A DNA stretch of 61,847 bases, counting the filler. It is 5 parts of 5 records of this genome, joined end to end, with 100 filler letters (N's around TTAATTAATTAA, not from the genome) between each part and the next. Parts side by side here need not be neighbours in the genome. Positions count along the whole stretch, not along the records: positions 37,328 to 50,522 come from SRR2962707_1461; positions 50,623 to 56,314 come from SRR2962707_1465; 3 more parts are not named here. One strand, given 5' to 3'. Shown here piece after piece: positions 39,627 to 52,312 of this stretch (its first letter is position 1; the number at the start of each line of letters is the position of its first letter). A program made the position numbers and the translations under genes. The notes under the pieces were generated by a model. It had not been told where the DNA came from and did not search any database. It worked only from the letters and a program-made list of their open reading frames with translations.

Positions 39627-39833
39627 TTTTGTAAATCTTCATAAAGTGAAATTTTCTTTTTGAATAGATGTATCTTTACTGTTGGAAACGACAAACTACT
39701 GTGTGCACTGAAAGTCACTGCACACAACATGTGCAGCCATAGAAGCTCTGCTGTCCTTTGCGTCACACACGAAACCAAGCTCACCACAAATTAACCCTGT
39801 GAACCGGCTTTCCATCGTCTTGAAACGATGCAA

Positions 39834-42800
39834 TCAAACCACTACATAACACATGGGTCCAAGATTTGCCTTGAGTTCTGCGCGAGTTGACAATGAATCT
39901 CGGATCTGGTTGCCCTGCAGTTTAAGCTCTGTTAGCCTTTTCAGTTGTCCCCAATGCTCTGCCGGCACGCCAGTGATGCGATTGTTGTGGAATTCCGCGA
40001 TTCGAAGTTGCGACAGCCTCCCCAACTCAGATGGAAGTGCTCCAGACAACGAGTTCCGGCCAAGGTTTAGCCTTTGCAATTGAACCAGCTCTCCGATTTC
40101 AGTCGGCACGAGTCCTGTCAGTTTATTGTACCTACAGTACACCGAGGAGGAAAATCAACAAATCACACAAGTCCAGACAGACCATGATACACAACATTTC
40201 AAAGCACCCGCATAGAAAAACAAACGAACTGGAGCTTGAGCTCAAGAAGATTCACAAAGGCGCCGATTTCAGTTGGAATTTTCCCCATAAAACTGTTGTC
40301 ATTGAGTTCAAGGAAACGAAGTTCTTTCGGGTCTAGAGAGCACAGCAGCTGTCGTGGTATCCGGCCCTCAATTCGATTATTTCCAAGGGCAAGCGTGGTG
40401 AGACGCAACAGACGTCGGGCACTTTCAAGATCAAGCTCTTCGCCTTCTTGGGGATTGTCGTGGCTCTCTTCGGTAGATGTCACCAAAAACTTTTGTGGCA
40501 GCACCCCTCGAAGGCGCATCCCCCCAAGAGCGATGCTGCGAATCGCGAGCCCCAGACCATTCTCGGCCTCGGTGCTTTCTAGGGGTGCTGTGCTCGTTTT
40601 GTTTCCGTCCGCAGCAGCATCCTCCTTTCCGGTCTCGACAGCAAAGCCATCCCACGGTGGTAACCTCTGAAACTCTCCAAGGTCAAAACCGGGGCCTCCA
40701 ACACTGGAAAGGAACTGGTGCACTGTGTCACTGAGGGGTCGCAAGCGCTGTATTTCTGCAGCTACTGCCCTTTCTTCGTCAGTCAGTGGTTTAGGAGCTG
40801 GCATGGCAGCTTCAGCTGCAAGCTTGTCTTTCACGTCCTGCACAGTGTTTGAGTATCTCAGAACAACCTCACGATCAAAAAAAATGGTACGTTCACAACC
40901 ACGCCGGTACACATGCCCGCACCTGATCGTCGATCGCTTGTAGCAGTTCTGCATTGCGAACACGCTCGCTTTCGAGAAGCTGTCTGAGTTCGCTTTCCGT
41001 CGACCGAAGATGTTGACATGTTGCTGCAAGTTGCTGCAACCGACGCGCCTTATCTTCCTCTGTACCGCTCAGCAACGCCAGCTTTTCGTTGAGCTGCCGC
41101 TGGACCTCAAAGTTAACAGCATCGTTTTTCTGGGCTTCTGCGCGAAGATTATTAATTTGCTCACTTGCCAGACGAATAGCAGTGGCTTCAGTCGCTTCGG
41201 AAACCGCGTCAAGTCTTTCTTGCATTTGGCTCCGAAGTACCGTGGCTTCCGCCTGGAAGTCCAATTCTCGAGTGGCGTTCTGCGTTGCAAGTGCTTTGTG
41301 GGCAGCTTCGTGCTCTGCCAGTTCCCGCGATAGCTCCATCTATTATGGCACCAAAGGAAGTCAATTCAAACATCACTTTTACGTGCTATCGGCGTTGATA
41401 CTTTGATAGAACTCAGTGCCAACCAAAAACGCATGACACATGCAAAAACAAGCAGGAGCTTGCCTCGCTTTGTAGTTGAGCTTCAAGGGCAGCACGCATT
41501 GCAGCTGCTTCTCGCTCTGCCTCCATCCGCTGGGCGCTAGAAGCATTTTTTGCCTGATCTGACAAGTCAGCTAACGCGTTCTGCACCACACAGCACAAGC
41601 ATGAGGGTTAAGTGCGTCGATCACTCAGAACACATTCTCAATAAGGGCAGCACAGCTGTCATGGCCAACACTACGGTCCAACAAGGACGGCATTTACCTG
41701 CAAATCACGAGCACTTTCGCGGGCCGCTTCCACGTCCTCATTCAGTACCGCCGCTTCTTTTGCGTGTGACGAAGCAGCCAGGTCAAACGCCTTTCGCTGG
41801 GCCTCGAGTTCACGTTCTAGCTCCTGCAGACGCTGCGGTGCTTCCTCGGATTCGACCTTGCTACGCAAATGGCCTTCAGGGACATTGACCCCAGTTTCGC
41901 CGGGTGCTACGTTGCGAAGTTTGAGGTTTTCAGCCTCAAGCTGTTCAACACGTTGCTGCAGCGAAGTTAAGTGTTGAAGAGAAACTGATTCGTTGTCCCG
42001 AGAATCGTGTTGGCGACCACTTTCAGCCTGAGTCTGCAACTCCAGCTCATGCACACGAGCTCGCAGTGCTTCTATCTCAAGCTGACCGTCGGAGCTAGGT
42101 TGATCCGTAGTTGAAGAACTTGCGATTGGTTCTTCACGTGACATACTAAAATCATCGTGACTGTCTCTCACTGAGCTGCCAAAAGTGCTGGACCCTAGAT
42201 CTACCAGTGCAATAAACTCGTCACGGAGGGCCCGCCGCTGAGCTTCATCGTCAATCACAAGGAAAAGAAGTCCGGGCACCATTGTGCTGGGATCTACATC
42301 CACACCCCGCAATGTCTCCACAAAAAGCTGAGCATAGGTTGCAGCTGGCATTTTGCTGGACCCTTTGCGGAACGCTGAAGATGCTTTACGAAACAGTGAC
42401 CAGCTTTCTTTACTGAGTAGCTGTTTCAGTCGGCCCACAAATAATTCTGCTGATTCACCGTGATCCCCTGCTGTTGAATCTTGATACCAGCTGGCGGGGG
42501 CACCCTGTGCGGGTCCCTGTTCCGTGCTAGTCCTGACATTTCGCGATCCCACTTGTAGTTGTTGCAACATTTCCAACTTTTCGCGGGCCGCCTGTTCATT
42601 GCATTGTAATTTCTTGTTCAATGTCTCGAGCTGAACCACACGAAGCTCAAGCGACTCAGCATCAGCCCGATCTGCAGCGCTGCTGTCCCCGAGCGAAGTT
42701 GCGATTGATTCTTCAAAAGGCGAGGGTACAGACGGAATTGTTAGTTGTTCATTCTGACCAGGTGGGGGAAAGTTCTGGCCAGCAGCCATGGCGGCTTCTG

Positions 42801-45800
42801 AATCCAATCCTGGGAGCGCCACATCAAAGGGCAGATCATCTAAGTTGGGAAGCGGTATGGATCCACCCAGCGTCGTCTGGTGTTCAGACAGCAACTTATC
42901 TACTTGACGCTGCAAAGTCGAATTGCGGATTGTCAGACTGCGAATCTGACCATACATATCTGCTTCCGTAACACCAGCACGCTGCCGCTCATCGACAAGT
43001 TTCAATTTAAGCGCATCCCTCTCCGTCTCGGCAGTCGACGCGGCTGCTGCCGCAGCTTGGATATATTCTGCGCAGCTTGAAACTTGTTCAAGGCGTGCAT
43101 CTCGCGCCTGTGCTGCACTGGCCAGCGCCTTTTCAAGCTGTTTTTGGGCCACCTCAAGCACAGGCATGTGATTGCAGACGTTGGTATTTCCATCAACTTC
43201 GACGGGATTTTGTTCGTGATCCATCGTCAGGGCCTGCAGCTTAGCGTTGAGGAACTTGATGTGCTCCTGTGCGTCGTTGTACTTTGATTTCGCCGTCTCC
43301 AAAGCAGCTGATCCTACCCTTGACCTCATATCAGCAGCATCAGCAACAAGAAGCGCCGAAGATTGAGATGACTTGGCTTGCGAACTTGCCCAAAAGTCAC
43401 CATCGTCAGTCTCGCCAGTGTTGCTCGGGCCCGCAGCAGCAAGCGCTAAAGCCAAATCCTTTCGCAAGTTTGATTCCGTTGTCAACAATGCAGCAATCTC
43501 TCCACTCTGCTCCGCGACAGTCTGCGCAGAGGCACGCAGAGCGTCCAACAGGGACTCTCGTGCTCCTGCCAATGAAGGGTCGTCGTTTTCGGAGCCAGTC
43601 GCGGCGTTGGCAAGCTCTGCAGTTGCATCACCATGCAGCACCGCACTACGGAAAGACGTTGAGGCAGTCACTTCAGCTGCAGATGCACGCATCTGAGCAA
43701 GATCAACTTGTACCGATGCCAACTCTCCTGCAAGCTTGGATTGAACCTCATTTTTCTGGGCTTGAACACAGAGTAATTCTTCTCGCAAACTCTTTTCTCG
43801 TTGCTGGTGACGGATTGCTTCTTTTAAACCCGTCTCTTGCGCTTCTGCAGCAAGTTGCTCAAAGTGGAGAGCACGTTCATGAGCTGTCGCCAATAACTCT
43901 TGGAGGTTGCTATTGGCCTCTAAACCACTACTGTGGCGCGGAGATCCTGTCGGGGAGTTCCAGAAGCTGTCATCGTCTTCGTCATCATTCACCATGGTCG
44001 AGGCAAGGCTACAGTCATTCGCTTCCGATGACACGCCTCCGCCAAAGACTGTGTCAGCAGGAACATTACTGACCAATTTGGTCTGGCTCGGCCTCCCATC
44101 TCTTGTCGCTGCAGCTTGGTCTTGGGCGCGTCGGTGTGCCATCTGCTCTTTTTGTTGGAGTTCTTTTGCTTGAATACACCCTTTTGCAATTTGATCTTGC
44201 AACATTTTGCATTGATCGGTCGCTGTCACCAGTCGCTGTTCCTGTGCTTGCGCTGCAGAGAGAGCCCTTTGTGTCTGCACATTTGCCTGGATCAAATCCT
44301 TCATAGCAGTGACTTTAGCAGCACGCTCAGCATGAAGTTGCTCCATAATATCGTTGAGTTCCTGCTCGTACGCAACTCCAGCATCAAAGGCAGCTGCTGC
44401 AAACTCTGCAGGATCATTCGCCTCTCCACTGCGCGCGGCCGAAGCGACAGCTGCGGCTGCATCAAACCGTTGCTGCTGAGCCTCTAAGCGCTTCTTCAGC
44501 AACTCGCAGCCCTTCGTTGCTTCCAAGACATCAAGCTCTGCTTCTGAAGCTGCTGCTTGGGCATCAGCCATCGCTGTGGCCACCTTTGCTTCAGCTTCTT
44601 GAGCACTATAGCGAAGTTCCCTCAGTTCGAGACGAAGAGCCGATTCTTCCGACTCTGCTTCGTGAATTTCCATCTTCAATGTCTCAATCGCCTTGTTCTT
44701 CGCAACAACAACTGCCTGGTGTTTCTCTGTGTTGAGTACCATTCGTTTGTGTTGTTCCGCTTTCGCAGCCGCTTGCGCTTCATTAAGTGCAGCTAAGTCT
44801 AATTCCAATTTACCGACAGTTGATTCAAGAACAAGATTGTCCGCGCGCAATCGGGCAACTGCTTTATGCAGCTCGGTGTCATCAATTTCCTTGCGCACCT
44901 CAAAGTCATCATCGTCCCCACCATCAAGGTTATTTGGTCCCGGCGACGAAGCCTCTGCGTGTTCCTCGGCCAAAGCGTGAGCCACTTCGAGTTGTGATTT
45001 CAAGCGCTCTTGGAGGGTTTGTGTCATGCGAACAGCGGCCTGCTGTTTTGAGTTTGCTGTTAAAACACGAGCTTTCATCTCAGCTGCCCTTTCATCAAAA
45101 GCTCTGTGGATATCAGCAGTTGTTGCTTGAGCAGTGCCTAACTCATCGCGCAACTGCTTCTCTTGCAGCGCAGCTGCAGCTTTCTCTCGCTCACCAAGAC
45201 GTCGTGCATGCTGCAGCAACTCCAGTGCAGCAGCTTCTTTCTGCTCAGCGCGAGCTAGCTCTGATTTTGCTCTGGTAGCTCGGGCCTCCGACGACACACC
45301 TTGCAAACGAAGAGAAGCTACTTCTTTGGAGAGAAGGGCTACTTCATTCACAAGCGACTTGTTCAAAGTTTGTAGCTGGGTGAGGGGGGTGCTTTGTTCA
45401 CCCAATGGTACGACTGCATCTGCTGGTGACGAGCTGTCAATGCTGTGGAAGAGATCAAGGCGTTTTTGCAGTAATGCCGAGCTGGACTGAGCAGCCCGAA
45501 GCTCTTCCTCCAAAGTTTCGACACGCGCGGCAGATGCACTCAGCTTTTTCCTCGCTACAGTTGCAGATTTTAGTGCCTTTTGCCCAGCATTGCCGACCTC
45601 GCGCTCACTCTGTAACGAATTAGATGTCATCTCGTCAAGAGCCTGCATGCGACACAAGTCAACAAAACATCCAGTAGTCAACAAACCGTTCAAATGATGT
45701 CCTAAACCCATTCAGTTTACCCAAAACAAACAACAGGAGCAAACATACTGCATCACGATCGTCACGGAGGCTGGCAACGTCCTCCCGGAGGCATTTCACC

Positions 45801-48800
45801 AAATCCTCTTTTGATGCATTTGCTTCCACGAGAGCCTCAAGCTCGTCTCGTTGCCCAACCAAGACCGCATCTTGCCGCTCGTGGGCAAGCACCTGCGCAC
45901 GCAGCTGCCGGACTTCAAAGCGAAGACTCGAAACGAGATTTGGTTCGATATTGTCGGTGCTCGTGGCAACCTTGCCATGATTTCCTTTTCGGGCATTTGC
46001 ATCTGAAGGCTGTGAAAGTTGGTCATTAGAGCGTGAGCCTGTGGTTTCAGACTCCTGTAGCTCTGTCTGTAGATGCTGAATGTTCAGTTGTGCGTGCTTC
46101 AGCTGCAAGCTGTACTCACGCTGAGCAGTTTGTGAACGTTCCTGTGCACTTGTCAGTTCGCGCTGAAGCTCTTCAATACGGGCTGCTGCTGCCGCCTCCG
46201 AAGCAAGTGCATTTGCATCCCGGAGTTTCGCTGCTCCAGCTTCGGCCGATAGGTCATCGAAAGCACGGATGGCCCTGCGATTAGCTTGTGAAGCCTCTGC
46301 TCGAAGTGACTCGACCTCGAGCTGCAGATTTGCACATTGATTAGTGCACATGTCGAGTTCTTCGCGCGCGCGCACAGCGACTTTGTTGGCTTTAGCGACG
46401 CGATGATGCATATCCGTGAGCCTCTTCTTTCCTTGCTCGATGGTTTCAATAGATTCAATCGCGTCATCTTTCAATTCACAGTCTTCGATCGGCTGAAGAA
46501 AAATGGCAAGGTCGGCTTGAAGAGAGGCGATCTGTTCCGCAGCAACGCTAGCAGCTATTTGTGCCTTAATTCTTTCAGCTTCGCCCATGGCTGCAGTATC
46601 TTGCTGAGCTCGCTCGACAACAAGTAATTCCTTCTCGTTGGCAGCCACACGCCGCTGTAACAGGCGCATGTCGGTTTCATGATCCGCATTGGTGCGAGCC
46701 GCTTCTGCCACCGCAGCAGCCTTTTCATGCTGTAGATCGACAAGCTTGTCGTGCAGGCGGGCACATTTGTCATCATTTGTCAGTACAGCGTGTAGAAAAG
46801 TTCTTTCGGCCTGTGCAGCCGCACGTTTTAGCTGCAGCACTTCTTGTCGCAACATGAGAAGCTCGTCGATTTCAGCGTCGCCACCTTTTGCGCCACTGTT
46901 TCTTTGAGCAGCATCAGCATCTTCCTCACCGCTTGCATTGTTTGTTACCCCGTGCACGCGCAGCTCCGCGTTTGCTATTTCAAGCGCGGACTGAGCAGCA
47001 TGCAAGTCTAGCCGCAACTTGCGGTGTTGTTTCCGAGTAACCTCCGCAACAGCTTGCGCGGCTGCCAAGCTCTGAGCTTCCTGTTCTGCCAATTCCTTGC
47101 GCAAAGCGGCAGCTTCACGGACAGCGGCTTCCGCCCGGGCAGACCACTGTATCTTTTCCTCAGCAAAGAATGACTCCATGTGTGCAGATGTTCTCACTTG
47201 ATCTGAACCCTGTAGTGATTCCTTTTCAGCAACAGACTTAGTTCCACCAGATGACGAAGCGGAAGTTGCTGGCAACATTGCACCGTCTTCTTTATCAACA
47301 GTGGGTGATTGTTCGAACGATCGCTGCTGCGCTTGCTGCAATTTCAATGTAAGCGACTGAACCTCGGCCCTACAAATTCGTTGTGCCTCTGTGACTTCCC
47401 TAGCTGCCTGCCACATCCACCAACAAACAGATCCATGAGGCAGGTATCGGTGGAAAAAATGTCCACCGCATCAGGTTACCCAAGCCGCAACTCATGATGA
47501 CACATGCTGGCCAAGCAATACGAACCGCCTTGGCTTTCTTCCGAGCATCTTTTACCTTAGCTTCCTTGGCTCGCAGCTTTGCTTCAAAGCGTTCGGTCTG
47601 TGCTCGTATTTCCTCGTTTGCCGCAGCCGCAGCCACTTTTCGAATCTCACGCTTCTGTGCCTTCTGGGTCGAGCGAAGCTGTTTCAATTCTGTTGATGCA
47701 GCGTCAAGCTTATCTTCCAGGATTTCAACGTGAATACTGATAGCAGAACGCAGCAACCACCAGTGTGAGGACCGTCGATTTTGCAGGCGAAACGAAAAAC
47801 ATTAGACTGCTGCAAATTCATGCCAACGAGAAACAAACTTCGCAGAACGTAGAGCTTCCTCGGCGTCAAGACACCGTTTGTGTAACTCCTGCTTGGAGGT
47901 CTCGACGCTGTCGAGCTGAGTCTTCACTTCTTCGTACCTCTGTGTGGTGGATGATAATCGTGCCTCAGCTTCGCGGCGCAAACGGCGCAGTTCGGCACGG
48001 TCAAGCTGCAGTTCATCAAATTCAGCCTCGCGGTGTTGCAATTTATCAAGGAGCTGCATGTACTGAGTCATCTGCATTGTGTCATCATATTGTGTACAAA
48101 TTAACACGCAAACAAAACTCTTCTGGAAGAACCTTTCACGCGAGCATCCGCTACAAAAAAAGGTGCCCGTGCGCCAACACAACGAATAACTCAGGTCACC
48201 CAAGCGTACTTGTCTTTTCGACTCTCGCGCCAATGCCTGGTCGCCTGTTGCTCTCGCCTCTTGCTGGGCAGCAGCGTATCTGATAATTAAGTGGGCATAG
48301 TGAATACAACACCCAAGCAACCACGTTCACGCCACGCAAAGGAAGACAACAATGAATCACGTAGTGCCCGTCGGTGCATCTTGCAGCAGAACAACAACAA
48401 GCACTCAAAGCATACATAGTGTCACGAAAGGCAAGAAACGAACTTTGCGCGCAACCCAGCACATTCAGCTTTCAGCGCATCAACTTCTTGCTTTGCGCTC
48501 TCCATGACAGCGTTGAGCTGCTTTTCGGCAGCGATGTTAATCTCCAGCTCATCAACCTCTTCTTCTCCCTCTTCCTCCTCGTCATCTTCATCTCCAAGAT
48601 CGTAGTCGATGCTGTCTTCGTCATCGTCCTCGTCACGCGCGTTAATGGCTTGAGCCTGGGTATCACTTTGATCATTTCTCACCACACTGGGATCCGTGTT
48701 CGTCGCAGCGACAACACGCCTGGGTTCAATTGTCACAGTCTCATTTGATTGCTCCACCGCCTCTGTCAGCAATCCTGCAGACGAATCGTTGGAAGATTCG

Positions 48801-50005
48801 ACAGTATCAAGTTCACCCTGATTAACTCGCTTCTGCACGAGCTCCTTGTCATACTCTTCGCGCAGAACTTCGATATCATGTTGCAATTCCAACCGTTGTT
48901 GACGCTCTTTGGCAGCAGTAGCTTTCAGAATTTGTTTCTCTGCTTCCAAGTCTACAATTTGTGCGGCACTTCTGACACCAAGGCGCTGAAGCCGGCTGCA
49001 CTCCAGCTTTAGTTCTTGGAGGCGAACAAGAAGCACGTCAGCATCGACCTGGTCTCCACTACCATCACGCACAGTTGAAGGAACAGCCTCACCGTCTGCG
49101 GTGGTGTGTGGTGTGTGTTGATTTTGTGAACCTGAGTGAGCAATAGCGATGACATCGCGTGCTGACGACGCTTTTTTTGTGGTAGGTTGCTGCTCGCTTC
49201 GATTGTCGTCTTTCACCTGCTCCGATTTTGTCTGAGCATCAGAAATCGATACATTTTGCTCCAGTTCCTTCGTGGTCAGTTCATCAATTGTGCCTTCCAA
49301 ACTCTCGGCGGTATTTTCATTGAACTCATCGCCACCTGGCCGGGCTTTGACGTCAACTGATGATCCAGAAGCAGTAACCGTGGGTTGCTCCAGAGAACGC
49401 GCACTTTCCAAAATTTTGTCTTGCGCGGTCACGCTGTCGGATACAACCGACGGAAAAGTTATGGACGCGACAACACCTGCGTTGGCAAGACGATTGCGGC
49501 GAACAGCTTGGAGCTGGCTGAGGTAGTCGGTGACGATCTCAACTTTGGCCCGCTTCGGCTTTATGAGGACCATCTTGACCACTCCGGGGTTCTCTTTCGT
49601 GCCATCTTTGGCAGTCCAGTCTTTGGACTGGCGGTAAAGGTGCATCAGGCACGCCATCACCTTCTTGGTCGCACCGTCGCGAAGGTCCGACGGCGCAAGA
49701 GTTGCAACGTCTGAGATGCCCATCTTTGTGCACTGCTGCGAGAACGTCCTGATGTTCTCATTTTTCTGGAAAATGTTGGGGCGCTTAGCCTTGAACTTGA
49801 TGCGGCGGTTGCCAGAGAGGTCTCGAATGAGTTTGCACAAAATAACGCCGTCGCTCAGCGCTGCGACTAGGGTGGTGCGGTCGTCAGCATCGATCGAGCA
49901 GCCGTACTGGGTGTTCAGCCAGCCGCAGAGCTTGCGCTCGATGTTGCGCTTGAACCCCCTCGACGCCTTTCCCGAGGTCTTGAGCCTGGAGCGATAGTCG
50001 GTCAT
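39834..50005 (-). CDS. Eukaryotic 10-exon gene of about 3039 aa: N-terminal calponin-homology domain, very long coiled coil, C-terminal LRRs. Exons: 50005-48444, 48279-48210, 48071-47839, 47736-47526, 47407-45749, 45642-41698, 41580-41464, 41339-40923, 40837-40230, 40131-39834
   Basis: CH motif L..W...LSDGVILCKLI...ENIRTF...SDL.DG...V..CL; plant-type LRR LxLxxNxLsGxIPxE; splice junctions are phase-compatible and total 9120 nt is divisible by 3. Confidence 0.75.
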
Positions 50006-50222
50006 GCTTGCTACTTCCTTCCTCACTCACTCACTCACTGGCCGACTCTGAACAACCTCACGTGGAGGCTGCTCGCTGCGTTCGGTTTCAGGTTTCAGCA
50101 ACAACTGCGGAGCGCTTCTTCCACTCCCTTCGAAAAAACTGTTGCTCGTGTTTTGCTTCTTTCCTTTCTTGCAGCGCCCTTCCACACTGCTTTCTTGCCT
50201 GCTTTTTTGCAACAACTCCGCT

Positions 50223-50490
50223 CTCAAAGAATGTCTGCGTGAGTGAGAGAGCACTCAAAGAATGTCTGCGTGAGTGAGTGACAGAGAGTTGTAAATAAGC
50301 GGACAGCTGCGGTCGGTCGGTCCCTGCGAAGTCGACGCTAGCACGTGTGCGCGACGGTGTGCGAGACCGTCGGCGTGGTCGAACGGCGTGGTGCGTGCGT
50401 GTGCAAACCAGCTTAAATGGTGTGTGTGAGAGAGAGTGTGTGTGGAGAGAGAGTGAGAATGAGAGTGAGAATGAGAGTGAGAATGAGAGA
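50223..50490. repeat. Low-complexity upstream region: 25-bp direct repeat (50223-50247, 50254-50278) and (GAGAGTGAGAAT)x3 at 50449-50484
   Basis: Read directly. Confidence 0.85.
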
Positions 50491-50522
50491 GGGTCTCAAG
50501 GGAAGAGAGTCTCGAGGGAAGA

Positions 50523-50622
50523 NNNNNNNNNNNNNNNNNNNNNNNNNNNNNNNNNNNNNNNNNNNNTTAATTAATTAANNNNNNNNNNNNNNNNNNNNNN
50601 NNNNNNNNNNNNNNNNNNNNNN
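50523..50622. other. Artificial contig linker
   Basis: N44-TTAATTAATTAA-N44. Confidence 0.98.
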
Positions 50623-50668
50623 GGACTTTTCAAAAGGTCCATTATAATAAAAATGATAGAACCAATTA
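50623..50668. promoter_or_regulatory. Probable MocR-type operator (GGAC...GGTCCA inverted pair; GGTCCATT and GAACCAATT direct repeats)
   Basis: AT-rich repeats immediately upstream of the MocR gene; direct plus inverted layout is typical of this family. Confidence 0.45.
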
Positions 50669-50684
50669 TTTGATCAGGCTTGCC

Positions 50685-52205
50685 ATGTCGCGCAGTGATT
50701 ACAGCTGGATTTATCCAAGCCAAACCAATGACGGTAACGACGCAGGATCGTTAAGCGCCTATCGCCGCCTGTATCACGGGATCAGGGCAGCAATCCTTGA
50801 CGGGCGCCTGCATCCGGGTGAACGCCTTCCGGCCAGCCGGGATTTGGCAAAGTCGCTGGGGATTTCGCGCAACACGGTGGTCACCAGTTTCGATCTTTTG
50901 ACATCCGAAGGTTATCTTGAAACACGTGTCGGTGCCGGAAGCTTTGTTGCGGGATCACTTCCAGATCGCGACATGCATGCCGATCCCGACGGTAAATCTG
51001 CAAGGTCAAAAACGACCAATGACCGGCCCTTGCGGCTCAGCCAGAGTGTTAAACGCATGCTGGAATATCAGCGACGTTTTCCACGGTTTCGTGTTGCCCG
51101 TCCGTTTAACCCCGCCACCCCGGACCTTGATGCATTTCCATTTGATCTTTGGGCGCGGTTGCTGCGTCGATCCTGGCGGGCGCCTGATATTGATCTGACC
51201 ATTCCCGACGATCCGCTTGGCCTGCCTTTGTTGCGGGGTGAAATCGCCAAATGGCTGCGTCAATCGCGCGGGGTTAATTGCCATGCCGATCAGGTGATGG
51301 TGGTATCGGGCGCGCAACAGGCACTTGATCTGATTGCCCGGGCACTTGTCGATCCCGGTGATATCATCGCCACCGAAGACCCCGGATATGAAGGCATTCG
51401 TGGCGTTTTGGCATCAAGCGGTGCGATGGTTCACCCGATCCCGGTCGATGCGGAAGGCCTATGCGTTGATGGCCTTTCCCAAACCCGATCACCGGCCCGG
51501 ATCGTTGTCACCACCCCGTCGCGGAATTATCCGCTGGGAACCACTCTTTCGCTTGCCCGTCGCCTGTCACTTTTGCAATGGGCGACAAGCAATGATGCGT
51601 GGATTGTCGAAGACGATTACGACAGCGAGTATCGGTATGACGGCCCGCCACTTTCATCGCTGCAGGGGTTGGATAGTGATAACCGGGTGATCTATGTCGG
51701 GACCTTTTCACGCGTGATGTTTCCCGGTATCCGGCTTGGATATCTTGTGCTGCCGTCGACCCTGATCCCGGCCTTTCGCGGCATGCGGGGATTTGCCGAC
51801 GGGGTTCCCGCCCCCACCGCCCAAGCAGCCCTTGGGACGTTCTTTGCCGAAGGGCATTTTGGCAGCCATGTGCGCAAGATGCGCCTGCGCTACGGCGAAC
51901 GGCGCGCGCACCTTATATCCATGATTTCCGAAACAGCCGGGGATCTTTTATCGGTCATGCCATCGGATGGCGGGCTGCATCTTTGCGCCCGTTTGATTGC
52001 CGGTCATGACGATATTGTCCTTCAGGAAAAGATGGTTAAGGCAGGCCTCGATTGTCGGGCACTTTCATCCTACTACCATGATAAATCACCCGAAAACCGC
52101 AAAAACCTGCCGCAAGGATTGGTGCTTGGATTTGCCGGTTGGAAAAAAACTGCACTTTCTGAAAGTTTCGGTGAACTGATCGAGATCATTAATCGTAGCA
52201 ATTAA
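50685..52205 (+). CDS. MocR/GabR-family (GntR wHTH plus aminotransferase-like domain) transcriptional regulator
   Basis: LPASRDLA..LGISRNTV...L..EGYL, SGAQQAL, EDPGY, IVEDDYDSE, GTFSRVMFPGIRLGY. Confidence 0.93.
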   Translation: MSRSDYSWIYPSQTNDGNDAGSLSAYRRLYHGIRAAILDGRLHPGERLPASRDLAKSLGISRNTVVTSFDLLTSEGYLETRVGAGSFVAGSLPDRDMHADPDGKSARSKTTNDRPLRLSQSVKRMLEYQRRFPRFRVARPFNPATPDLDAFPFDLWARLLRRSWRAPDIDLTIPDDPLGLPLLRGEIAKWLRQSRGVNCHADQVMVVSGAQQALDLIARALVDPGDIIATEDPGYEGIRGVLASSGAMVHPIPVDAEGLCVDGLSQTRSPARIVVTTPSRNYPLGTTLSLARRLSLLQWATSNDAWIVEDDYDSEYRYDGPPLSSLQGLDSDNRVIYVGTFSRVMFPGIRLGYLVLPSTLIPAFRGMRGFADGVPAPTAQAALGTFFAEGHFGSHVRKMRLRYGERRAHLISMISETAGDLLSVMPSDGGLHLCARLIAGHDDIVLQEKMVKAGLDCRALSSYYHDKSPENRKNLPQGLVLGFAGWKKTALSESFGELIEIINRSN

Positions 52206-52312
52206 TGTACCCCAAGCCAGAGAGAGCGCCACGGCGTCCCCCTTTCTAAAGTCGCGACGCTCTCTCCCCCAGGGTCCAACCGCCAAAGCTTAGTCCCCCA
52301 TGCAAATCAGGA

